From: an uncultured Acidobacteriota bacterium
GTDB lineage: Bacteria; Acidobacteriota; Polarisedimenticolia; J045
Assembly (NCBI GenBank): GCA_963702425.1
Contig: CAVPCQ010000017.1
Span: 194,325 to 258,324, forward strand
Length of the DNA: 64,000 nt
Direction: 5' to 3'
The notes beneath the pieces are model-generated. The model did not search any database. It was not told the DNA's origin and worked only from the letters and a program-made list of their open reading frames with translations. Each line of letters opens with the position of its first letter. Within the stretch, counting starts at the first letter, position 1. This document shows positions 54,282-63,988 of the stretch, in pieces. Both the position numbers and the translations under genes were made by a program.

Positions 54282-55250
54282 GTGCGCGTCGCGATGTCCA
54301 CGTCCGGCGACCGCATGCGCGCCACGGCGACGGCGCTGCTGCGCTGGGTCGACAGCCATGCCGGATCGGAGCGCGAAGGGGAGGGATCGCTCCGGGTCGA
54401 CTGGCTGCGCGTCGTGCCGTTCGTCGGGCTCCACGTCGCCTGCCTCGCCGTGTTCTGGGTCGGTTGGAGCTGGTTCTCCGTGGCGACGGCCGCTCTGCTC
54501 TACCTCGTCCGGATGTTCTCGATCACCGGCTTCTACCACCGCTACTTCTCGCACCGGACCTTCAGGACGACGCGTGCCGGCCAGTTCGTCTTCGCGCTGA
54601 TCGGGATGACCAGCGTGCAGCGCGGTCCGCTCTGGTGGGCGGCGCACCACCGCCACCACCACGCCCACTCCGACGAGGAGCAGGACGCGCACTCCCCGCG
54701 CCGGCACGGCCTGCTGTGGGCGCACGTCGGGTGGATCACCGCCCGCGCCAATTTCCCGACGCGCCTGCGGCTGGTCCCCGATCTCGCGAAGTTCCCCGAG
54801 CTGCGCCTCCTCGACCGCTTCGACGTCCTCGTCCCCGCGCTGTTCGCGGCCGCGCTGCTCGGCCTGGGAGCGGCACTCGAGAGCTGGGCGCCGGAGCTGT
54901 CCGTCACCGGGCCGCAGCTGCTGATCTGGGGCTTCTGCATCTCGACGGTGGCGCTGCTGCACGGCACCTTCACGATCAACTCGCTGGCCCACCGGATCGG
55001 CCGGCGCCGCTATCCGACCGCGGACGACAGCCGCAACAGCTGGCTGCTGGCCGTGATCACGCTCGGTGAGGGGTGGCACAACAACCATCACCGCTACCCC
55101 GCTGCGACGCGCCAGGGTTTCTACTGGTGGGAGTTCGACCCCACCTACTACGGGCTCCTCGTGCTCGAGTGGCTCGGCTTGATCTGGGACCTCAAGCCGG
55201 TCCCGGCGCGGGTCCGGGACTCGTGGCGGACGGAACGGGGGGCGGCCTGA
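54282..55250 (+). CDS. Acyl-CoA/lipid (delta-9-like) desaturase
   Basis: Histidine boxes HRYFSH, HRHHH and HNNHH. Confidence 0.92.
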   Translation: MRVAMSTSGDRMRATATALLRWVDSHAGSEREGEGSLRVDWLRVVPFVGLHVACLAVFWVGWSWFSVATAALLYLVRMFSITGFYHRYFSHRTFRTTRAGQFVFALIGMTSVQRGPLWWAAHHRHHHAHSDEEQDAHSPRRHGLLWAHVGWITARANFPTRLRLVPDLAKFPELRLLDRFDVLVPALFAAALLGLGAALESWAPELSVTGPQLLIWGFCISTVALLHGTFTINSLAHRIGRRRYPTADDSRNSWLLAVITLGEGWHNNHHRYPAATRQGFYWWEFDPTYYGLLVLEWLGLIWDLKPVPARVRDSWRTERGAA

Positions 55251-55266
55251 GCCGCGGGGAGCCGGC

Positions 55267-56550
55267 GTGAGGATCGCGGTCGTCGGGGCGGGGATCTCCG
55301 GGCTGCTCGCCGCGTACATCCTGGGCCGCGAGCACGACGTCACGCTGTTCGAGGCCGACGAGCGGCTCGGGGGGCACACCCACACCGTCGACGTTACGGA
55401 GCCCGACGGCACGGTCCGCGCGATCGACACCGGCTTCATCGTCTTCAACGACTGGACCTACCCGACCTTCATCCGGCTACTCGACCAGCTCGGCGTCGCG
55501 TCGCAGCCCTCCGACATGAGCTTCTCGGTCCGCTGCGCCGAGCGGGGCCTCGAGTACAACGGGGCGAGCCTCGACACGCTCTTCGCCCAGCGCAGCAACC
55601 TGTTCTCGCCGCGCTTCCTGCGGATGGTGCGCGACATCCTGCGCTTTCACCGCGACGCCCCGCGGATCCTCGAGCTGCCGGAGGACGGCTTGACCCTGGG
55701 GCAGCTGCTGGAGGCGGGGCGCTACTCGGCCGGGTTCGTCGAGGACTACATCGTCCCGATGGGGGCGGCGATCTGGTCGGCGCGGCCGGAGACGATGCTC
55801 GGGTTCCCGGCGCGCTTCTTCGTCCGCTTCTTCGCCAACCACGGGATGCTGTCGGTCGACGAGCGGCCGGTCTGGCGGACCGTCCGCGGCGGCTCGCGCC
55901 GCTACGTCGAGGCGCTGATCGGGCGTTTCACGGGCCGCGTGCTGAGCGGCACGCCGGTCGCGCGCGTCGAGCGGCACGTAACGCACGCGCTGGTGACACC
56001 GCGCGGCGCCGAGCCGCTGCGCTTCGACGAGGTCGTCCTGGCCTGCCACGCCGACCAGGCGCTGGCTCTGCTGGCCGATGCCGATCCGGTCGAGCGCGAG
56101 ATCCTCTCGGCGTTTCCCTACCCCGAGAACGTCGCGGTCCTGCACACCGACCCGTCGCCGATGCCGCGCCGGCCGAAGGTCTGGGCCAGCTGGAATTACC
56201 TGCGCCCGGCGGGCGCCGAAGCGACGGACGGCGCGCGGGAGGATCGCCCGACGGGCGATCGCCTCGTCCTGACCTACTGGATGAACCGGCTGCAGGCACT
56301 CCCCGGCCCGCGGAACGTCTTCGTCACGCTGAACGCCGAGCAGCCGATCGACCCGGCAGCGATGATCCGCCGGATCGTCTACCACCACCCCCGCTACACT
56401 CCCGCTTCGGTCGAGGCGCAGGCGCGCTGGGAGCAGATCAACGGCGTGCGCCGGACGTCGTTCTGCGGCGCCTACTGGGGGTACGGGTTCCACGAGGACG
56501 GGGCGAAGAGCGCGCTCGCGGTGACCGAGCGCTTCGGGATGACGCTGTGA
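55267..56550 (+). CDS. FAD-dependent oxidoreductase (UfaD/RSP1091-like)
   Basis: GAGISG, GGHTHT, IDTGFIVFN..YP, SWNY and YGFHEDG. Confidence 0.88.
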   Translation: MRIAVVGAGISGLLAAYILGREHDVTLFEADERLGGHTHTVDVTEPDGTVRAIDTGFIVFNDWTYPTFIRLLDQLGVASQPSDMSFSVRCAERGLEYNGASLDTLFAQRSNLFSPRFLRMVRDILRFHRDAPRILELPEDGLTLGQLLEAGRYSAGFVEDYIVPMGAAIWSARPETMLGFPARFFVRFFANHGMLSVDERPVWRTVRGGSRRYVEALIGRFTGRVLSGTPVARVERHVTHALVTPRGAEPLRFDEVVLACHADQALALLADADPVEREILSAFPYPENVAVLHTDPSPMPRRPKVWASWNYLRPAGAEATDGAREDRPTGDRLVLTYWMNRLQALPGPRNVFVTLNAEQPIDPAAMIRRIVYHHPRYTPASVEAQARWEQINGVRRTSFCGAYWGYGFHEDGAKSALAVTERFGMTL

Positions 56551-57323
56551 GCCGCGCCAGCGCGATCTACGCCGGCTGGGTGCGGCACCGACGGTTCGCG
56601 CCCCACCCGCACGCCTTCTCGTACCGGATCTTCCTGATGTACCTCGATCTCGACGAGCTGCCCGAGCTGTTCCGCGGGCGCTGGCTCTGGTCGGCGGAGC
56701 GGCCCGCGCTCGCGCGGTTCTCACGCGCCGACCACTTCGGCGATCCGGCCGTGCCGATGAAGGCCACGGTGATCGAGAAGGTGCGCGCGGCGACGGGGCG
56801 CGCCCCGGCGGGGCCGATCCGCCTGCTGACCCATCTCGCGTACTATGGCTACTGCTTCAACCCGGTGAGCTTCTTCTACTGCTTCGACGCCGCCGGTGAG
56901 CGGGTCGAGACGATCGTCGCCGAGGTCGACAACACGCCGTGGGGCGAGCGGCACGTCTACGTGCTCGACCCCGCGCGCGACGAGGGGCGCGACGGGCGCC
57001 ACCGCTATCGCTTCCCCAAGGAGTTTCACGTCTCTCCCTTCATGCCGATGGCGATCGACTACGACTGGCGCTTCGTCGACCCGGCGCGGCACCTCGCGAT
57101 CCACATGGACTGCCTCTCCGGCGGCGGGAAGCTGCTCGACGCGACGCTGACGCTGGCGCGGCGGGAGATCTCGGGGGCGTCGCTGGCGGCGGTGCTGGCG
57201 TGGCACCCGTTCATGACCGGCAAGGTCCTGGCGGCGATCTACTGGCAGGCGCTGCGGCTGTGGCTCAAGCGGACGCCGTTCTTCGCGCACCCGGCGAAGC
57301 GGGCCGGCGAGGGTAGTCCGTGA
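56547..57323 (+). CDS. DUF1365 protein (UfaO/RSP1090-like)
   Basis: HRRFAP, FNPVSFFYC, EVDNTPWGERH, KEFHVSPF and IYWQALRLW. Confidence 0.92.
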   Translation: MSRASAIYAGWVRHRRFAPHPHAFSYRIFLMYLDLDELPELFRGRWLWSAERPALARFSRADHFGDPAVPMKATVIEKVRAATGRAPAGPIRLLTHLAYYGYCFNPVSFFYCFDAAGERVETIVAEVDNTPWGERHVYVLDPARDEGRDGRHRYRFPKEFHVSPFMPMAIDYDWRFVDPARHLAIHMDCLSGGGKLLDATLTLARREISGASLAAVLAWHPFMTGKVLAAIYWQALRLWLKRTPFFAHPAKRAGEGSP

Positions 57324-57862
57324 TCGAGCGGATCGCGAACTTCCTGTTCTTCCAGATCGGCTGGGTGGCGACCGTGGCGGGCGCGGCGATGGGGTTTCCG
57401 TGGGCGGGGCCGATCCTGGCCACGGTGCTGGTCGCCTTCCAGCTGGCGGTCGCGCCCGACCGCGGGGCGCGCTTCAAGACGGTGGTCGCGGTCGCCGCGC
57501 TCGGGACGCTGCTCGACACGGTGCTGCGCTGGACTGGCGTGACCGCGTTCCCGGCCTGGCCCGCCACGCCCTGGCCCTGCCCGCCGTGGATCACGGCGCT
57601 CTGGGCGCTCTATGCCAGCACGCTGGGCTCCTCGATGGCCTGGCTGCAGGGCCGGCCGGTGCCGGCCGCGCTGCTTGGCGCGGTCAGCGGGCCGCTGTCG
57701 TACCTGGCGGCGGAGCGGATGGGGGCGGTCGTGCTGGCGGCCGACCCGCTGCGGCGCTGGGGCGTGCTGGCGCTGGCCTGGGCGGTCGCGGTGCCGGTGA
57801 CGCTGGCGATCGCGCGGCACTTCGCTAGCGCGCCCCCCCGAACAGCGCCCGCCGCGCCGTGA
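57320..57862 (+). CDS. DUF2878 membrane protein
   Basis: NFLFFQIGW, PPWITALW and GPLSYLAA. Confidence 0.85.
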   Translation: MIERIANFLFFQIGWVATVAGAAMGFPWAGPILATVLVAFQLAVAPDRGARFKTVVAVAALGTLLDTVLRWTGVTAFPAWPATPWPCPPWITALWALYASTLGSSMAWLQGRPVPAALLGAVSGPLSYLAAERMGAVVLAADPLRRWGVLALAWAVAVPVTLAIARHFASAPPRTAPAAP

Positions 57863-58166
57863 GCAGCTCGCCCAGCCCCGCCGCGCGCCGTGCGCGCAGC
57901 AGCAGGTAGACCGCCGTCACCAGATTCCCCAGCACGAACAGCAGCGCGATCCCTGCGATCGCGACGCGCCGGTCGGCCTCCACCGCGCCGATCCACAGCG
58001 CCGCGAAGAACAGCCCGCAGAACAGGTCGATCAGCGTCACGAGTCCCCATGGGTCGCGGCCGATCTCCCGCATCGCGGTCAGGACGTTCGCCTGCCCGGA
58101 GGCGATCACGATCGTGACGACGAGGGCAGCCGCGAAGAGCACGAAGACGGTCAGCGCGAGACGCAT
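57825..58166 (-). CDS. DUF1475-like small membrane protein
   Basis: DPWGLVTLIDLFCG and LGNLVTAVY, with an RBS. Confidence 0.75.
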   Translation of the reverse strand: MRLALTVFVLFAAALVVTIVIASGQANVLTAMREIGRDPWGLVTLIDLFCGLFFAALWIGAVEADRRVAIAGIALLFVLGNLVTAVYLLLRARRAAGLGELLTARRALFGGAR

Positions 58167-58350
58167 GGATCACCTCTCTCCGCACAGGATCGCGGCCGGC
58201 TGCCGCCGGGCGGACCGGAGGACGACGGGCGGGGACCCCCGGGAGGGGCGCGCCGGAGACCGTCTCGGCCGCGAAAAGGGAGGCTAGCACGGCCCCGAAC
58301 GCATTCCGGGGCTGACCCGCCGCCGGACTTGCGATAGGCTGCGCCCCTCG

Positions 58351-59124
58351 ATGAGCGCCCCTTCCCCCCCGCCGGGCGAGCGCCCGGGACCCGATCCGCT
58401 CCGCCCGCACCCGCTGCTCACCGACTACTACGGCGACGAACAGCAGCGGCGGCGCCAGGTCGACGCGTGGTTCGACGCCTCCGCACCGCACTACAACTTC
58501 ATCACCCAGGCGATGAGCTTCGGCTCCGGGCACTGGTACCGGAAGCAGGCCCTCCTGCGGGCCGGCCTGGGCCCGGGAATGCGCCTGCTCGACGTCGCCT
58601 GCGGCACCGGCGTGATCGCCCGCCACGGGCAGGAGATCGTCGGGGCGAACGGCGTGTCGGTCGGGCTCGACCCGTCGATCGGCATGCTGCACGAGGCGCG
58701 CGCGCGCGGTGTCGCCGGCCTGGTCCAGGCGCTGGCCGAGGCGCTCCCGTTTCGCTCGGCGCAGTTCGACCTGCTGAGCATGGGTTTCGCGCTGCGCCAC
58801 GTCGTGGACCTGCACCGGACCTTCGACGAGTACCGCCGCGTGCTCAAACCGGGGGGCAAGCTGCTGATCCTGGAGATCACCCCGCCGCGCTCGCGCCTCT
58901 CGTTCCACCTGCTCAAGTTCTACCTCGGGCGGGTCGTCCCGCTGGTGGCGCGGATCGGCGGCGGCGGGAGCGGTTCGCAGACGCTGATGCAGTACTACTG
59001 GGACACGATCGAGCACTGCGTGGCGCCGCCGGTGATCATGAAGGCGCTCGAGGAGGCCGGCTTCCGGCAGGTCTCGCGCTACGTCGAGGTCGGGATCTTC
59101 AGCGAATACACGGCGGTGACCTGA
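58351..59124 (+). CDS. UbiE/MenG-like SAM methyltransferase
   Basis: FDASAPHYN..MSFGSGHWYR, LDVACGTG and GFALRHV. Confidence 0.85.
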   Translation: MSAPSPPPGERPGPDPLRPHPLLTDYYGDEQQRRRQVDAWFDASAPHYNFITQAMSFGSGHWYRKQALLRAGLGPGMRLLDVACGTGVIARHGQEIVGANGVSVGLDPSIGMLHEARARGVAGLVQALAEALPFRSAQFDLLSMGFALRHVVDLHRTFDEYRRVLKPGGKLLILEITPPRSRLSFHLLKFYLGRVVPLVARIGGGGSGSQTLMQYYWDTIEHCVAPPVIMKALEEAGFRQVSRYVEVGIFSEYTAVT

Positions 59125-59141
59125 TGTCCGGAGCGGTCGAA

Positions 59142-59171
59142 TTGACAGGTTTTCCACCGACTCACTAGACT
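59142..59171 (+). promoter_or_regulatory. sigma70-like promoter
   Basis: TTGACA-18 nt-TAGACT upstream of the chorismatase-like gene. Confidence 0.5.
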
Positions 59172-59210
59172 CACCTCGCGGCCCGGATCCGGGCGGAGGA
59201 GGACCTCCGG

Positions 59211-60269
59211 TTGAGCGCGATGAGCACGCCGTCTCCGGGTTCCGTGGCGGCCTCGTGGGCCGCGGCAGGCCCGACCGCGTGCCGCGCGGGCTTCGGCCTG
59301 TCGCTCCTCCCTGTCGAAGCGCTCGAGGACGCTGCCCGCCGCGACGCCGGCCGTCTGCTGTTTGCCGTGCGTTACGGGACGCCGCGGGCGGGGCTCGTCG
59401 ACACCCCCTACCCGGCGATCGACATTCCGAACGCCGTTCTCGGCGGCGGCCCGTCGGTCGAACTGTGGCGCTCCCCGGAGCCCGTGCGAGTGCGGCACAG
59501 CGGGCGGTTCGTCTGCGCCGAGAACGGCACCGTGCTGTTCGGAGCCGCGGTCTACCCACTGGGGGCCGACCTCGAGTCCGACGCGGTGGCGCTCTACCGC
59601 GAGCTGCTCACAGTCGCAGCCGACTGCGGGTACCCGGCGATGCAGCGGCTCTGGAACTACCTGCCCGACATCAACGGCGACCAGCACGGCGTCGAGCGCT
59701 ACAAGCGATTCTCCGCCGGCCGCGCGCGCGGGTACGAGGACCAGTTCGGCCCCCCGGCCGAACAGCACTTCCCCGCGTCGACCGCGATCGGCACCACCGG
59801 CGACGCGCTCGTCGTCACCTTCCTCGCCGCCCGCGAGCCGGGGCAGCATGTCGAGAACCCGCGCCAGGTCAGCGCCTTCCGCTACCCGTCGCAGTACGGT
59901 GAGAAGAGCCCGTCGTTCGCGCGCGGGACCCTCTCGCCCGAGGCGCTCGGCCACGCCTTCCTGCTCTCCGGGACGGCGAGCGTCGTGGGCCACGAGTCGC
60001 GCCACGAAGGGGACGTCCGGCGGCAGCTCGACGAGACGGTGCGCAACATCGAAACGCTGTCGGAGGCGGTCGGAGCGGTTTCGGCGCGACCGGCGCCGAA
60101 CCTCGCTCGCTTCGACTACGTCAAGACTTACCTCCGCCGCCCGTCCGATTTCACTGCCGTACGGGATGCGCTCGCACCGCGCCTCGGCCCGTCCTCGTCG
60201 TCCGTCTGGCTGGAGGCCGACATCTGCCGCGCCGAGCTGCTGCTCGAGATCGAGGGGCTCGCGCTCTAG
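59211..60269 (+). CDS. XanB2/FkbO-Hyg5-like chorismatase ('pteridine-dependent deoxygenase-like')
   Basis: RLWNYLPDIN, ERYKRF..GR, PASTAIG, ENPRQVSAFRYP..YG..SPSFARG, SGTASVVGH and ADICRAELLLEIEG. Confidence 0.85.
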   Translation: MSAMSTPSPGSVAASWAAAGPTACRAGFGLSLLPVEALEDAARRDAGRLLFAVRYGTPRAGLVDTPYPAIDIPNAVLGGGPSVELWRSPEPVRVRHSGRFVCAENGTVLFGAAVYPLGADLESDAVALYRELLTVAADCGYPAMQRLWNYLPDINGDQHGVERYKRFSAGRARGYEDQFGPPAEQHFPASTAIGTTGDALVVTFLAAREPGQHVENPRQVSAFRYPSQYGEKSPSFARGTLSPEALGHAFLLSGTASVVGHESRHEGDVRRQLDETVRNIETLSEAVGAVSARPAPNLARFDYVKTYLRRPSDFTAVRDALAPRLGPSSSSVWLEADICRAELLLEIEGLAL

Positions 60270-60517
60270 TCGGTGTCGCACAAGTTCTTCATCAAGAAGG
60301 AGATGTGCGCTGGCGTGAGTCTTACCTGACGACTCTTAGCAGGCAGTAATCGGACTTACCGAAACCTGCGAGCGTTTTTTCGCGCTCCTGCGCATCGGGG
60401 GTGTGACTTTGGACACAGTCAGATTCCCGGTAGCCACGGTACGCTCCCGGCCGGAACACGAGAACCTGCTTCGCGTCGCCCGGCCCGGGCGCGCCGTGTT
60501 CCGGGAGGAACGTCACC

Positions 60518-63500
60518 ATGCGCGGCCGCCGACTCGTCGTCCCCTGTCTCCTGCTCGCCACCGTCCTGCTCTCGAGCGCCCTCGCCGGCGCCGCCGTGCG
60601 ACTGCCCTCCCGCTGGGTCCCCGGCGATGCGGCGATCTCCCCCGCCGCTGCGGACCAGTCGATGGTGTCGCTCGCGCCGGGAGGCGGGATGGTCCTCGCG
60701 CTCTGGTCCGACAATCGTGCGAACAGCACGGGCGGATACGAGGGCGAGACCTCGCGAGACATCTACGGGCTCCGGCTCGACGGCAACGGCACGCCGCTCG
60801 ACGCCGTCCCGTTCGCCGTGACCGCCGCCCGCGCGACGCAGGAGTACCCGCGTGCCGCGTTCAACGGGACGAACTGGCTCGTCGTCTTCGAGAGCTATGA
60901 CCTGACGGGCACCGGGTACTACTACCAGAAGTCGCTCGCCGCGGTGCGGGTCGCGCCGGACGGGCGAGTGCTCGACTCGGCCCCGATCCGGATCTTCAAC
61001 GTGAGCCCGGTGGGCGCGGTGTGGGCCGTCGCCTCGGACGGCAAGGACTGGGTCGTCGCCATGGAGGGCTCGGCGACGGGCAGCGATCTCACCGCGGTGC
61101 GGATCTCGGCGGCGGGGGTCCTGCTCGACCCGAACCCGCGCCTCCTCGTCAAGGAGACCTACTATCTGCGCGGCACGATGCGCCTCGCCTTCGCCGGCGG
61201 CGTCTACCTGATGGCCTACGAAGAGGCGATGACCGGCAGCTCCGAGACCTCAGCGCTGCGCTTCGACGCGTCGCTCACACCGCTCGACCCCGCGCCCCTC
61301 ACCCTCCTGCCCCACCCGATCGGCGCGCTCGTTTCGAACGGATCGGGGTTCTACGCGATCTGGACGGGACAGCTCCCCGACTACAGCGCGGCGGTCTTCG
61401 GCACGCGCATCGACACGGCAGGACAGGTGCTCGACGGCGCCGGCGTCAACATCTCCGGCACCAATTCTCCAGCGGCGTACACGACGAACTCGGTCGCGTG
61501 GGACGGCAATTTCTGGAAAGCGACCTGGGGCGCCGCGTCAGGGACGCGCCTCGCCCGCATCAGTACGGGCGGGCAGGTGCTCGATCCGGGCGGCGTCTCG
61601 GTCCCCGGTCCGCAGACGGGGCCGAGCGCCAGCACCGGAAACGGCAGCGTGCAGCTCGCCTGGACCGTCTACGCCGCGAGCACCAACGACGTCCTGACCG
61701 CCAACATCTCGTCCTCGAACGTCGCCGGCCCGACGCGCACGGCGTCCGTCGGCGCGCCGTCGCAGTCGCAACCCGACCTCGCGACCGGTGCGAACGGCTT
61801 CATGCTCGTGTACCGCAGCATGACCTCGGCCCGGCACCGCATCCTGGCCCAGCCGCTCGACGCGGCCGGCAATCCGCTCACCGCCGAGCCGACCGAGGTC
61901 GACGCCGGCGACCCGAGCGCCCTGCCCGGAGCTCCCGCGGTCGCCTGGAACGGGGCCTACTACATGGTGGCATGGCCGAACGCGAGCGGCGTCGTCGCGC
62001 GGCGGCTCCGGCCCGACGGCTCGCTCGTCGATCCCGCGCCGAGCGTCGCGCTCACCTCCAGCTTCGGCTCGGTCGACGTCGAGGCGCTGGGCGGCGACTT
62101 CCTCGTCGTCGGCCTGCGCTGCGGCTATACCTGCCAGTACATCAACCCCGTCGCCGCCCGCGTGCGCGGCAGCGACGGCCTGCTGCTCGATCCGAGCGCG
62201 ATCGCGCTCAGCGGCACCTACAGCAGCAGCCCGCGCCTGACGGTGCTGGGCGGGCGCTGGCTCGCGGCCTGGCAGGACAACTGGAGCCACGACGATTCGG
62301 GCGCGAGCACGGCGGGGACCTTCATCGACGCCGGCGGCGCACGCTCGAACAGCTTCAGCATCCACGGCCCCTACTCGACCGCCGGCGGGAACGGGATCTT
62401 CAGCCTCGGCCTGGCATCGAACGGCAACCTCGCCCTGCTCGTCCAGTCGCAGGAGCTGACCTCGGGTGTCGAGAACGATCTGCTGGGCGTCTTCATCCAT
62501 CCCGACGGATCGATCGACCCGTATTTCAACATCACGCCCTGGGCCGGCAACCAGTACCGGCCGCGCGTGGCGTGGGACGGGACGAACTTCGTCGCCGTCT
62601 TCCAGGACCAGAAGGCGCGCGTCACCCGCTGGAGCCTCGAGCAGCTGGACGCCCGCTCCGACCTGTTCGGGATGCGGATCAGCCCGGCCGGGGCGATCCT
62701 GGACCCGCAGGGGTTCCTGTTCTCGAACAGCCCCATCGGCGAGGCCTACCCCAACATCGCCGCCGTCGACGGCCGCTCGCTGGTGGCCGCGTCTCTGGTG
62801 CGCAACGAGTCGCCGCTCGCCAATTCCAGGATCGGGTACGAGCTCTTCGGCGCGGGGGGCAACGCGTGGCCGGTAGCGACGGCCAGCGCGGCGCCGGCGG
62901 GCGGCGAGGTGCCGCTCGGGGTCACCTTCAGCTCCGCGGGCTCGACCGATCCGGACGGCACGATCGCGTCCTATGCCTGGGACTTCGGCGACGGCGCGAC
63001 CTCCGTCGAAGCGAACCCGACGCACGTCTACGGCGTCGGCGGGCCGTACGTCGCGACCCTGGCGGTCACCGACACGGCCGGCGCCCGCACGATGCAGGAG
63101 GTGCCGGTCGACGCGGTGACGCCGAACGTGATACCCGTCGCGCACGCCTCCTCCAACCTGACCTCGGGCCGGGCGCCGCTCGACGTGATCTTCTACGCGA
63201 CCGGCTCGTACGATCCCGACGGCTGGCTGGGTAATATCCAGTGGAACTTCGGCGACGGGTCCGAGTCGTGGGGCGCGACGGCCTACCATACCTTCTACGA
63301 CGCGGGCACCTGGACCGTGAGGCTCACGGTCTACGACGCGAGCGGCGCCACCGGAACGGATACCCTGACGGTCACCGTCAGCGCCGAGATCCCGCCCAAC
63401 GCCCCCTCGAACCTGGTCGCCACCGCGGTGACGACGACGCAGGTCAAGCTGACCTGGCAGGACAACTCGACCAACGAGCGCGACTTCTATATCGAGCGCT

Positions 63501-63988
63501 GCACCGGAACGGCGGCGGTCTGCAACGCCTCGCCGGAGCTGTTCTCGTTCCTCGACTGGCCCCTCGCCGATGCGACGATCTACAACGACTACATGGTCGC
63601 GCCGAACACGACCTACAGCTACCGGATCAAGGCCCGCGGTGCGACGGTCGATTCGGCCTGGTCCAACACGGCGCAGGTGACGACGACGCCGACCGGCAAG
63701 CCGGCCGCGCCGAGCCAGCTCACCGCCACGAGCGTGCTGCGCTTCATGCGCGCCAATGTCGACCTGCGCTGGAAGGACAACTCCGGCAACGAGACCGCGT
63801 TCGTGATCGAGCGCTGCAAGGGGAGCGCGTGCACGAACTTCGCCGCCGTCGGGCAGACCGGCGCCAACGCCGTGACGTGGCGCGATACGAACGTCGCGCG
63901 CCGCGCGATCTACCGCTACCGGGTGAAGGCGCGCAACGCGTCGGGCGACTCGGGCTACTCGAACATCGCCTCGACGATGACGCCGTAG
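60518..63988 (+). CDS. Large secreted protein: repeated (V/L)AxxGxx(F/Y/W)xVxW units, two PKD and two FN3 domains
   Basis: Signal peptide, YAWDFGDG and WNFGDG (PKD), LTWQDNSTNE and LRWKDNSGNE...YRVKARN (FN3). Confidence 0.85.
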   Translation: MRGRRLVVPCLLLATVLLSSALAGAAVRLPSRWVPGDAAISPAAADQSMVSLAPGGGMVLALWSDNRANSTGGYEGETSRDIYGLRLDGNGTPLDAVPFAVTAARATQEYPRAAFNGTNWLVVFESYDLTGTGYYYQKSLAAVRVAPDGRVLDSAPIRIFNVSPVGAVWAVASDGKDWVVAMEGSATGSDLTAVRISAAGVLLDPNPRLLVKETYYLRGTMRLAFAGGVYLMAYEEAMTGSSETSALRFDASLTPLDPAPLTLLPHPIGALVSNGSGFYAIWTGQLPDYSAAVFGTRIDTAGQVLDGAGVNISGTNSPAAYTTNSVAWDGNFWKATWGAASGTRLARISTGGQVLDPGGVSVPGPQTGPSASTGNGSVQLAWTVYAASTNDVLTANISSSNVAGPTRTASVGAPSQSQPDLATGANGFMLVYRSMTSARHRILAQPLDAAGNPLTAEPTEVDAGDPSALPGAPAVAWNGAYYMVAWPNASGVVARRLRPDGSLVDPAPSVALTSSFGSVDVEALGGDFLVVGLRCGYTCQYINPVAARVRGSDGLLLDPSAIALSGTYSSSPRLTVLGGRWLAAWQDNWSHDDSGASTAGTFIDAGGARSNSFSIHGPYSTAGGNGIFSLGLASNGNLALLVQSQELTSGVENDLLGVFIHPDGSIDPYFNITPWAGNQYRPRVAWDGTNFVAVFQDQKARVTRWSLEQLDARSDLFGMRISPAGAILDPQGFLFSNSPIGEAYPNIAAVDGRSLVAASLVRNESPLANSRIGYELFGAGGNAWPVATASAAPAGGEVPLGVTFSSAGSTDPDGTIASYAWDFGDGATSVEANPTHVYGVGGPYVATLAVTDTAGARTMQEVPVDAVTPNVIPVAHASSNLTSGRAPLDVIFYATGSYDPDGWLGNIQWNFGDGSESWGATAYHTFYDAGTWTVRLTVYDASGATGTDTLTVTVSAEIPPNAPSNLVATAVTTTQVKLTWQDNSTNERDFYIERCTGTAAVCNASPELFSFLDWPLADATIYNDYMVAPNTTYSYRIKARGATVDSAWSNTAQVTTTPTGKPAAPSQLTATSVLRFMRANVDLRWKDNSGNETAFVIERCKGSACTNFAAVGQTGANAVTWRDTNVARRAIYRYRVKARNASGDSGYSNIASTMTP

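Noticed and set aside
60410-60437. Third copy of the ECF promoter (TGGACAC...GCCAC) upstream of the PKD gene
   Set aside because: Both boxes mismatch, the spacer is 1 nt longer, and the GTTT is missing. Too weak to call.
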